NCBI GenBank assembly: GCA_004764695.1
Contig: SMSO01000036.1
Span: 372,001-436,000, forward strand
Length of the DNA stretch: 64,000 nucleotides
Direction: 5' to 3'
Source of the DNA: Schizochytrium sp. TIO01
Lineage: Eukaryota > Protista > Bigyra: Labyrinthulomycetes
Made by a program: the position numbers and the translations under genes. How positions within the stretch are numbered: the stretch's first letter is position 1; every line of letters starts with the position of its first letter. The notes beneath the pieces were generated by a model, which saw only the letters and a program-made list of their open reading frames with translations, ran no database searches and was not told the origin of the DNA. Below are positions 50,373 through 61,385 of this stretch, piece after piece.

Positions 50373-52030
50373 AACGAGTGGCGAAATGGAGCACAATTTT
50401 AACTTGCGGAAACCCTGCTCGCGGTCCTCGTGCAGGCCATCCTGCTGCTCCGCTACCGTTCCCCGCGATCGAGCGACCGGCAAACTCGTACGAAGCTTGA
50501 CCCAACCGGAAAGCATCCCGAGAGGTCACGTGAAAGCACACTCATGTGAAATCACCGCAATAGCAGCACCGCAAAGTAAAGCAGGGAGGTACACACCCCG
50601 TGCCTGCCTCATCGCGAAGAACGCCAGCATCGCCTTGGGCCAAAGACCTTGACGCAAAACGCGCTCTCGCTTCTTCGGTGTTACCTAGGTAGAGGTGGAG
50701 GTTGGCTTTGGCACCGTGGAGATAAAAGGCAGCTAGAGTGGGTGTGGGTTTGCACGATCGTGGAGACGAGCTAGCTTTGGATTCAATCTATAAATAATCA
50801 ACATATCTATCAGTATAGCAACGTATCAATCAATAATCTATCAATAATCTATCAATAATCTACAATAATCTACAAATAATCTACAAATAATCTACAAATA
50901 ATTTACTAATAATCTATCAATCATGAGTTCAACTCGTGGGATAACCAATTCTTGCGGGCGCAATGCACGAGTTGGTGCGCCTATGCGCTTGGGCAGTTCT
51001 GCGGAGCACGTGGATTGAGAAAGAAAGACCTTTTTTTTCGATCGAGGTCCCTACTATGGTACTCCTATCCAGGCATTAATTAGTTCTAAGCGACGGAATA
51101 CGTGCTTTCTTTCATTCATTCCATTGCGTTCGTTGTGACAGCTTGACGTTGGGCGACGAGTGCCTTGGCCGCCTTGGGCCCTCAGCAACTCTGCTTGGCC
51201 ACCCTGGAAGCAAGCAGGGACATTGCGAGGAAGGCATCGCCTACTTGCGATCGCGCTGTTGTGCTCCCAAACCTTTGCTCAAGTCGCTCGCTGCTATTGT
51301 GGGCCACTGTGATGAGCTCGCCGAAGGAAACTCTTTTGAGAGCAAGCACGCGGGTAACTTGATTTTGATGGACCGTGCGTTTGTCTGCGCCTGCCACTCA
51401 TTCACGCACGCACTCGTTCATGCACGCACGCACGCACGCACTCACAGACGGCGATGCTTCGGCGCGAGACTGAAGCGAACTCGAAAGGCATCGCACGATC
51501 TCCAAGGCATCACTCGAAAAGCAAACAAGTCAGTCGTCTGCGAAGACCGACTGATCGATGGATGGATGGATGGATGGATGGCTTGCTTGCTTACTTGCTT
51601 GCCTTTCTCTATTGGTTGATTGCAGCGTCACCTCAAGTGAATCCAAGCGCGGTTGACCTCGCCTGAGCCATCCTGATCGCCGCTGATTCGATGCCTCATC
51701 GGAAGGTGCCCTGATCTCCTCCTCCGCTCATTGACACGGCTTGGCATCCCCTACTTCATTCAGTCAGGCATGGCAGGCAGCATCGCCTAAGATTTCCTTG
51801 GGCAGCCAGTCTGAACGAGGAGATCCCAGAGCAGAGCGCTCCTCTCTTCTGGTGCTCTTGGCGTCGGCCATGGACATGGCTGCAGAGGCGGAAACCGCGT
51901 GAAACAGCGTGAGCTTGAGATGATTCAACTTCAACTTCGAGGTCCATGCACATTGATTCAATCACATCCCTGCTATAACGGCGCTGTCCCCTCAAAAGGG
52001 AAAGAAAGCGCGATCTATTTCCTAGTGGCC

Positions 52031-52031
52031 A

Positions 52032-52090
<59 letters not shown>
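52031..52090. repeat. (AAAG)15 microsatellite
   Basis: Direct reading. Confidence 0.95.
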
Positions 52091-52091
<1 letters not shown>

Positions 52092-53175
52092 AGCTTTTTT
52101 TCACTTTCACATGAGTGAAAGGTGTTAGAAAGGAAGAGGCGACCGCCTCACCTCACATACTCTTTTGCGAACTAGGTACTAGGCACTTCTTCTACTACCT
52201 ACTTCAAGTTGCAAAGAAATCACCTCCCTCTGTTTTATAATTAATTCCTGCTACCATTGTTTTTTTGTTTTTTTTTATTACTATTTTTTAAGTTTTAAAA
52301 AATGTTTTTTTTTTTTTTATAGAGCAAGAAAAAACTATCTCTTTATTTTAAAAGTTAAAAATAATACAAAATAAAATGACTTGAGTATAGTTTTTAGTCA
52401 AGAAAGGGAGAAATGGAATTCATTCATTAAAATAAACTCAGGCACATTCTTCACTTTATCTCTGAAAAGCATCGCACAGATATTGTAAACAAACAGAACC
52501 TCTGTATCCATCTCTCTCTCTCTCCGCATTGCGCATTTCATACCCCACCACACGATATGTATGCATCAGTTAGTTGATGACCCTTGCATGAATTCGGCGA
52601 CCCGAGAGGAGGTAGAAAGAAGAAACCACTTTGTACTTGAAATACTTACTGACCGCTCCTCCTTTTCTCCAACAATCATCATCCTCATCAGCAGCAGCAG
52701 CAGCAGCAGAGACAGACGAACCCAATAGCACTTGAAACAACTTGAACTATGCAGCTTTCTCCAGCGGAAGTCGCTCTTGTTGGTTTCGGAGTAGTTGCGA
52801 AAAAGCGAACAAGAACAACTGCTCCGCCTTATCCAACGAGCCAGGACGAGGCCTGGACACAGAGTGTGAGAGAGAGAGTGCCAAGTCCCTTAGCTAGCTA
52901 GCTCCGCAAGAAAGAGGTACGTACATATATAAAATATAAATATATACACCTTCCTTCTGGCCGAGGGACTTAGCTTGGACCAACTCCTTTGCAGACCTCG
53001 AAGAACTGATCCTGCTCCCTACGATGCGCAGCGCGCTCTGCACAAGAAACACCGCACACCATAATAGTACAGCGCAGGCAGTGCACACCTGCAATTCCGA
53101 GCCTTAGTAGGTGCCTAGTGCCTGCTAGCCACCAATATGGCTGCGACCTGCTGAGCCAGGAGCCCAAAACTTCGA

Positions 53176-53280
53176 GTTGAACTTGGAGTTGGAGTTAGAG
53201 TTGGAGTTGAGGTTGGAGTTGAGGTTGGAGTTGGAGTTGGAGTTGAGGTTGGAGCTGAAGCTGGAGCTGGAGGTGGAGTT
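53176..53280. repeat. Degenerate hexamer tract (GTTGGA/GTTGAG)
   Basis: Direct reading. Related (TTGAGG)5 at ~9903-9933. Confidence 0.85.
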
Positions 53281-55494
53281 TTGGCACTTGAAGCCTGCGA
53301 ACGGAGGTCAATCGCAGCCAGCGAGTCAGTTCAGAAGCCCGGAAAGCAAGCGCCGCTTCTGTAATAAACAATAAACAGTGTTGTGCTGCCTCCGACGCAC
53401 ACTCCACCTGCGTCCAGGATGGCGGGCGGCCGCGCTGTCTCCTGCCTGGGCTTGCGAAACGATGGCGAAGGCCCTCGCTTGCCGCGCCTCCTCCCTTCGA
53501 GGCCGGCGACACGGAGCGCCACCACGCACGAGTCGGCGAGAGGGCTTAAGCTACGCGAGGGAATGAATAAATAAACAAACTACAGCCGCCATCTTGGCCT
53601 TCGCTCTTTTCCGAGGTGAGTTCACCGCTTTGGGGCACAGCGGCGGGGAGGGCAGGATTAAGCGCTCCTAGAGTTTACGTTACGAGGACGAGGCGCAGCA
53701 GGCGCCGCAGCACGTGGGGCAGGGGACAGCGCGTTTTGCCCTGCCATCATAAATGGCGAGATGTTTGTTTTAGTTCAACTTTCTTTCTTTCCTTCCTTCT
53801 TCCCTTCTTTCCTTTCTGGTGATGAGGTAAACAACTCGAGATAGTTTAGTTTTGATGAAAATGAACTTCCGGAGAGGCGACCACTCGACCTGCAGCTGCG
53901 CGTGTCTGAGGCGATGGACGAGCAAGGAGTCGGGTCGGGCCGCGGCTCGCAGCTATTGCTGGCTCCAAGACCTCCTGGCCTCCTCGCGCGCCTTTGGAAA
54001 CCTCGTTCTCATTTCACAAAATGAAGAACCACTCGAATGGATCCGTATCACATCGCCGGTTTAGGCCACGAGGTTACGAAGAACAGAACAAACAAGTAAG
54101 TAAGTCCATTGAGGTTGTTGGCATGGGAATCGACGGTTATTCGATTATTTCTTTCCGTTCGCTCTGACCTCAACAGCGTTCTGAGACAGCTTGCATTTTC
54201 GCATTGGCTCCCTCCCGCACAGAGAACGCTGTTTCATTCGCTCGTCGAGTATTTGCCGTATCATTCGCTCGTCGAGTATTTCAGAAGCCGTCGTTCATTC
54301 GGCTCCTGCGCATTCAGAGTCCTCAGACAGACACCTCGGTATGGCCATGCTATGCATGCCTTTTCTTCGCTGAGAACGACCGCAGTTTTATTGGCCATAG
54401 CGAGTGGAGTTCATTGCCTGCTTCGACCTCAAGAAGCGAAGCCACAGGCGCCGTCCACTGCAGCCTTGCGCGTCCCCGAACCCTGATTCGCAGATTCTGC
54501 CTCCAAAGATCCAAAGAGCGATCGCTTTGGCTGGATTTAATGTCCTGTAACCCAGCTTGCGTGAAGGTTCTAACTAAGCGGGAGCGCTTTTGTTCTAACT
54601 TAGCTCCAAATCTGAGTGGCTAATGTCCTCTCCGTTCATCGACCGTTCTTGCTGTTTGTTTGTAAACGGCAGCTACAGCGCCAACGGTCGGGACGATGCG
54701 ACGCCGTCGCAGACCTCCCTTTCGATTAAGCTGTGGCAAATCCTCGCCGTTGGAGCGGCCCGAGAGAGTCTCGCGCCGCTGCAGTCGGCACGGAATGAGT
54801 TAGACTGCGAATGCGACGGTTGACCGAGGTTTCATGAAAATCTTCAGGAACAGAGTCTTTCCTGCTCTGGGTGTGACCGTTTGTTTGTTTATGTGCTTGT
54901 TTTGTTACTTTTAAAATTAGAAAATATCATAGATTTTTTTTAATGCTATTTTAAACTATTATTAAAAACAGTTTATCTTTTAGCTCTTCTTGTGTTTTTG
55001 TGTTTTATTACTATCGTTACGATAAATTAATCATAGTCATAAATTTATACACTATATATAGTGACCCTAGAGGCTGCTTTTATTCCACCCTTTTTATTCT
55101 CTTCTTCTTCGAGGCTTTCCTTTTTGTGAGCAAGCCTTCATCATTTTCTTTTTCAGTTGATTATGTCTTATTCTCAATTTTTATTTTTTACTTCGTTAAA
55201 ATAGAAAAAGACGATTTTTAAAACATTAAAAATTTAAAAAAAAATATATATATAGGAAGGTAACAGTACTGCCTAGGCAGGACTACGCAAACCCTTCAGA
55301 GTTTCCTTTCCTTGAAATTTTATTTTAAATGGTTAGTAAATCTCGCGAGAACAAGTCTGAGGAGTTCTGCAGGTGCGGAGCAGTAGCTAGCTAGCCAGCC
55401 ACTCAGTGCCCGCCCGGCCACCACTGCGCTGCATTCGAGTTGAAACTCTCGAGCTGACCAGAGCACGGTGTGGATCTCTAGAGCTAGATACTCA

Positions 55495-55808
55495 ATGGGC
55501 CTGTATACCTGCGTCTGCCGGCAGTCCAGGCAGGTGGAAGAGTACTTCATTTCGCCTTCCGACGCAGGCTTTTGCAGGAATTGCAGCAGGAATTGGAATC
55601 TCTGAAGAGCGGCCCCAAGCACGCGCTCCCTCCTTTAGATGAGCTGCTGATTTCTACAGATTTCCTCATTCGTTTGTTCCAACATTCAGCCGTCTACCGA
55701 AATGCTCACAAGCTTGGACACGCAATGAGTGAGCTCGTTTGTCATCCATCGTCTTCCCCGAAACTTACAGCGCTGACACCTCCAAGTGCGCATACCATGC
55801 CGCACTAA
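55495..55808 (+). CDS. Possible small protein (~104 aa after a 1-nt repair at TTTT 55570-55573)
   Basis: MGLYTCVCRQSRQVEEYFISPSDAGF joins LQELQQELESLKSGPKHALPPLDELLISTDFLIRLFQHSAVY. No homology recognised. Confidence 0.3.
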
Positions 55809-57718
55809 CTTATGCCCGCTGCTGCCCCAGAGCTAGAGCTCTCTCTGAGCAACAGACAGCAGCATTTGTTTGTCCGCATCTCACAGATCTTATTTGGCGG
55901 CGCTGCCTCGAGAGATTAATCAATTAGTCATTTGATAAAGCGCGGCTCTCAGGATACATGACATTTTGCAATGCCCTTGTCCATCCATTCATCGAGTACA
56001 TCCATACATTCATACATACACCATGCGCACATGGGGAGCGTGGCCCAAGTGTGCTTTGAGTAGCGGAAGCTTGCTCTGGGGATCCAGAGCGTCCCCGCCT
56101 TGAGAGACTAGCACATAAATCATCAATCTCTCGCGCAGTATGGTGGATGCAAGCGGGGGTCGAAATCATCGCTCCCGAAGGGGTAGGTAGGTAATTAGAG
56201 GCAGGTGACCTAGCTAGCGTCCCATGCTCAAGAGCGAGCCTCTGGCAAAATCAAGGAGGGACATCTCTAGCTAGGCAAATCTAGCTGCCAAGATTGAAAA
56301 CGGAACAAAAAGCTGAATGCTGGCTTGAAACTAGATAGCTCCACGCAGATGGACGAATGCCTGCCTGCCTATTGACCACGAAGGAAATGCGGCCCCAGGA
56401 AATTCTTACTGCTATATGCTGGTACACATACAGTACTTCGAAGAGGAGCAATGCCATATTTGTTTTACTCTCAAGTTGATGAGCACTACCAAAGTTTTTC
56501 TTACTTGTATTTGAACACTAGTAAAAACAATGCCATGGAAGGAGAGCTATACGCACGAAGCTGCTACCCAAAATCAGAATTTTAATTGATGCATTCTGTA
56601 TCAGTGTATTCGTGCTGATCTTTTCTTTTCCATTGGAGCTATCACAATCAAGCAAGCCTGGTTTTCTCCATGTGAAACGAATATGGGCAATTGTCTACCT
56701 TAAGTAAAGAGGCGTTCGTTTTTGTCTTTCTCGCCACTTACGAAAATGGCGTGATCAACTGCTGAGATCACCTAATGTTCCATACAGGCGGTATAAAAAT
56801 TGTAAATCACCTTAGAATTGGGGCTACCTGGCAGAAAAAGAAAGCATTGAAATAGTTCATGAACGTCAAACAACTCTTTTCAGAGCACGTTGCTTGCTAG
56901 CACTTATGTAGCAACACACAAAAGAAACAGCAGCTATGTGCTGCGTAGACTACTGAAAAGTTAGCTATGAGAAGTGTAATGGTAGCCTGAAACTCACAAA
57001 ATTTCGAGACACAAAGTTTGATGTCTGCGCAACATATGTGTTGCTCATAATTATCAATTCCAAAGGGCCTATTAAACAATACACAGTGGTCCAGGCTTGG
57101 TAAAATTGTGCGGTCTTGCTTTCAAGGTAATTGATTTGCTACAATCACTGACGCCTGTACTGATTTGAAAGTGTCGCCTTCTCTTACACAAACAGCGTGA
57201 GGAGAAATGCTTTATTTCGGTACAGGAATGCTGTACACACACAAAAACAAGGAGTACATGCAAAACTTGCTACAAATCCATATGAAAAGGCTCATAATAA
57301 AGATTCATCACCAATTGATGCTACAAAGTAAACGATGCAATCTATTTATATTTAGAGCAGCTGGTAAAAATGCAGTGAGATTAATTGGTGCTAAGTCTCT
57401 TTCAACAGAGTGACGAGGTCGCGAGAGTCTAATCTTTAATCAGAAAATTATTTGCTATACAAATTTACAGGTCTTAGAAAGTCCAGCGCGAGGCTAGCCT
57501 GCAACAAAATTCTCTAACATCCTAGATACAGAGTGACATACGCCGACCCACCCGAAAAAAATCAAACACAAGTACACCCCTTCTGAAAGATCAAGTGCAA
57601 CCACCTGTGCACACCTAACTCGCAATTTAAGCCACCCGGCCCAGACAGTCCACGCATCAAACAAACAAAAGAAAAAATTGCAAACCAAAAAGGGGAGTCA
57701 TCATCTGGGAACTTGACT

Positions 57719-58765
57719 CTAACCTAAGGCAACATCAAGAGTCATCATCACAAGAAAACCGACCATGGCTCCCCAGGTTGCCATATGGCTGTTACCACGC
57801 GTTTGCGCCTCGGGAACGAGAGAATCAACGACAACGTACACCATGGCTCCAGCTGCAAAGGCCAGGGCGTATGGGAGAATCGGCTGCGCATACTGTACTC
57901 CTGCGGCCCCAAGAACGCCTCCCAAAGGCTCAACCATTCCGCTTAGTTGACCATAAAAGAAGCACCACCATTTGGAGTAGCCAAGACGACGCATAGGCAA
58001 CGACACAGCAAGTCCTTCGGGAAAGTTCTGAATACCTATTCCAAGGGTGAGAACTTCTGCAGCCTTCAAAGTCGCCGACTCTGTCAAGCCAACGCCTCCA
58101 AATCCAACACCGACCGCAAGCCCCTCTGGAAAATTGTGAATTGTGACTGCAATCACAAGCAACAGTAGACGCCGCCACGACTTCGAATGCTTTGCGGCTA
58201 CAGTAGCTTCCTGAAGACGCTCAGCAGCTGAAGCTGCATCGGAGTCAGGTGATACGCTTGCCTTTGATTTTGATGTCGATCCACTACTTTCAGAGTTCTT
58301 ATTCTTACGCTGTCGCAAGTTGCCAGCAGGAGATGATGCAAGATCATCTTTTTGCGAGGAGTCCGCATTCTGTGCAGCTCCATCATTTTTCTTCGACATC
58401 GACTCCAAATACGCCTCGGGGCTGTCTGAAGCTTCCGGCAAGAAGTGATCGGCGAGAAATACAAAAAATGCTCCCAAAAGAAATCCAACGGCAGCTGGCA
58501 GAAAACTCAAGGTTCCGTAGCCTGCTTCTTCGGCCATTTCAATCGAAGGTGCCAGCAACGACCAATAACTTGCTGCAAGCATAACTCCTGCTGCAAACCC
58601 GAGGCTAGCATCGAGGAACTTGCCTTCAAGGCGTTCAGGCAAATCTTCAGGCACTAGCATCACAATTGCTGCGCCTAAAGCCGTCACAAACCACGTGAAC
58701 CCTGTGCCGTACAGCCCGTGCCACACTGGACTCCACGTCTCCATCCATGTTGGCAAGAGCAACAT
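57719..58765 (-). CDS. SLC39A11: ZIP family zinc transporter, GufA/ZIP11 subfamily (348 aa)
   Basis: FTWFVTALGAA, LDASLGFAAGVMLAASYWSLLAPSIEMA, TIHNFPEGLAVGVGFG, GIGIQNFPEGLAVSLP, YGQLSGMVEP, LAFAAGAMVYVV, MMTLDVALG. Confidence 0.93.
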   Translation of the reverse strand: MLLLPTWMETWSPVWHGLYGTGFTWFVTALGAAIVMLVPEDLPERLEGKFLDASLGFAAGVMLAASYWSLLAPSIEMAEEAGYGTLSFLPAAVGFLLGAFFVFLADHFLPEASDSPEAYLESMSKKNDGAAQNADSSQKDDLASSPAGNLRQRKNKNSESSGSTSKSKASVSPDSDAASAAERLQEATVAAKHSKSWRRLLLLVIAVTIHNFPEGLAVGVGFGGVGLTESATLKAAEVLTLGIGIQNFPEGLAVSLPMRRLGYSKWWCFFYGQLSGMVEPLGGVLGAAGVQYAQPILPYALAFAAGAMVYVVVDSLVPEAQTRGNSHMATWGAMVGFLVMMTLDVALG

Positions 58766-59384
58766 GGTGACTCCACGGTTCGCTAACGGCACCGACTACG
58801 CGCCTCGTCACTTCTGCAAAGGTATTCAAGTAATCAATCGGAGCCTACCGCAGGCGCTTGAGCCTCGCCACGAGAAGTCGTCGAGATGGGAATGGATTTC
58901 CAGTTGGGGAACTGTCTGTACAGGAGCAAGATTGATTGTCTCTTCAGCCATCGCTGTGATCAATTGACTGTTAGTGGGGTATTAGGGATAAAGATGAAAG
59001 AGAATCCTCTCATCTCCCCTTAGAGAAACGATCTAGAGGATAACCTTGAAAATCTAAAGCAGAAGACGCCTAATACCAACTCAAATGTTGTGGTGGAAAA
59101 GGACCGGAACAAGCAATGGGAGAATTGCTTCAGAGAGGAGTTGAGCGTGCACTCTCCTCAATGTAATTAAATTCGTCACCGAAGCAGAAATACTCTGCCC
59201 AAGGTCATCCGTGTTCTCATCAGCACTACCCGACTCAGTACTACGACTTCCACCCATGACTAACTAACTATTAAATCGCGCAATAAACAAGAATTTAGCA
59301 GAAGTTTTTCTCTTCTAACTCCTTGACGACACTCAAGCAGGAGGTCTGATTCTTTTTTCTTCTAAAGCAATTAATTCCAAGACA

Positions 59385-59814
59385 ATGTCAATTCAAGGAG
59401 CAACAGCAGCCACCCCAGTTGCACCCTCACCAGCAGCACTTCAACAAGAACCCCTCAGCAAAGACCCAGGCCAAGCCAACCCTACGAAAAAAAAGAGCAT
59501 GCCAAAGACGCCACAAGAAACTAAAATTCATCAAACGCAAGAGAAACCAAACCCCCGCCAGGTTCGAACCCACATCGCCACAAATTAAATTCCAAGAAAT
59601 TCACACGAACGACAATAAGAGCATGCCAAACCAACGAGCCCAGCCACAACAAGCCCAGCAAGCCTAGCCACAACAAACACAATCACAAACACGACCACAA
59701 GCAACAGTAAGCACCGACGATGCAGCAACCATGCGCAGAAATATACTGAACGGAGACGCATTCTTCGATGAAAAGGGAAGAACCAATGAAACCACAATCA
59801 AATTAACGACCTAA
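59385..59814 (+). pseudogene. Decayed Q/P/T-rich ORF in an A/C-skewed island
   Basis: ATG at 59385. A second frame RFEPTSPQIKFQEIH...AQPQQAQQA*PQQ...MRRNILNGDAFFDEKG has a TAG at 59665-59667 inside a CAG repeat and ends at TAA 59812-59814. Confidence 0.4.
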
Positions 59815-59882
59815 CAATTAATTATAAATCTATTACCCCCTAACATATACACACACTACTCCTTGAACAACCCCAAAACACC

Positions 59883-60590
59883 ATGACAACAACAAGAAGG
59901 CTCCCGCACCTCAAACCCATCCACCACGAAACCAGAAAGTACTACAACTCAAGATCACCAACACAGCAACCACATCCAACAATCCCACTCAAAAAGAAAC
60001 GCTTTATCGCCGGCACAGCCCTCATCACAGCAGCAGCCCTCATACTCATCTACATCTTCTTCTTCAAACCCTTCCCGACCGCAGAAACAGTCATCACCAA
60101 TGAACTCAGACTCCAAACCCTTCAAAACCAACGCAAAGTAATCAAACCCCAAAAAAGCATGGCCCAGGCGCGTCTGGGCATACTGGAACAGCGGCACAAT
60201 CCCCAAATTCGAAGAAACGCGCATCGACAGCTGGAAAGCATGGCTACCAACTACAAAATCAGCATTGTACACCGCTCCCAAGAGCTCGTAAAACTCGTCC
60301 CAAAAGAAGACCTCCCCAACTGCTTCGACAACATCAAATTCGCACAAATCAAAAGAAGACATGGCACGTGTGTCACCCCTCAAACACTACGGAGACAAGA
60401 GCACCATCGTCATCCTCAACTACGGATGGCTAAAAGAACTCATGGACGCTCGCAGGCAAAGAATTCACAGGCTACGCCATGCAACACCACTCAACAACAA
60501 GACTCAGACTCCAACCCAGGTCAAGTCGTCGCCCTTCTGGCCGCATCGCAAAATCAGCCGGCGATCAAGCTGTGGTCACTTCGATTAAAT
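59883..60590 (+). pseudogene. GT32 / capsular-polysaccharide-synthesis type glycosyltransferase pseudogene
   Basis: Type II membrane anchor (KKKRFIAGTALITAAALILIYIFFF). Across frameshifts at ~60151, ~60248 and ~60355 it reads WPRRVWAYWNSGTIPKFEETRIDSWKAWLP-NYKISIV...EDLPNCFDNIKFAQIK-DMARVSPLKHYG, then KEFTGYA and LAASQNQPAIKLW. The GGxWxD catalytic segment is missing and the C-terminus is truncated. Confidence 0.7.
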
Positions 60591-61385
60591 TTGATGTACA
60601 TGTAGTTGTTTTATATAGAATGAGCTGGCAATTATGATTAATTAAAACAGCTGTATCGTACTTGATTTAGACATTTGCCAACAAAGAACCTGCCAAAGAA
60701 ATCATTACTCAGACATGAACTAGAGGTGTTGTTGCGAGGTTTTAGTTCCCGGAAATACAACATTCCTTAGTATCAAATAACGACGTTTTTTTTTTTTGTT
60801 GTGGGCATGGCAAGTCATCCTTTAATGTCTTCTCTTTCTTGGCATAATCGAAAAAGCATTTCTAAGATTTACTGGACAAGTTTGCCTCAGTCAAACGTAG
60901 AATGGGTAAACTTATTACTTTGCCTCTAACTTCTGCTGACAAACCTATAGTGATGAAATAAAACCCTCCTAAAACCAACATGTGGACACACTCTCCAACT
61001 CTGCTCAAAAGGCAATAGCGCCGTTTTGACCATTCATATACCTCTGGTTTGTAAATTCAAGTATGGTTGCTGCCCTTTCTCTCTTGATTTGTACCATCAC
61101 ATTTGTTCATATCTTGTTCAATGCAAACTGCTACTGTATTCTTAGTTCCAATAGGAGACCGTTGACGGCAATTATATGAAGGCACTTCATTGTCAGAACC
61201 TTTTCTTCCCAAGCCCACGTTGCTTTCCCTTGGCTACTGGCTGCTGGCTGCTGTGCTTTCTGTCCACCGTTACGGGCTGCTCTGTGCTGCCAAGGTAATA
61301 AGTATCGTCTCTGGAAAACCTCAAAAGAGAAGAAACGCTGCAGAAAAGGGAAAGGATAGTCAATCAGTCGATAAGATTGTCAAGA

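Noticed and set aside
49888-50402. ORFs with LFVC/KQTN repeats, and similar HSFI, LELE, KKER and poly-E/K/F ORFs elsewhere
   Set aside because: They are translations of microsatellites that lack stop codons.
59555-59580. GGTTCGAACCC B-box/T-loop motif, also GCAGGTTCGAGTC on the minus strand near 33094-33106
   Set aside because: The T-stem does not pair fully and no acceptor, D or anticodon arms can be built, so no tRNA is called.
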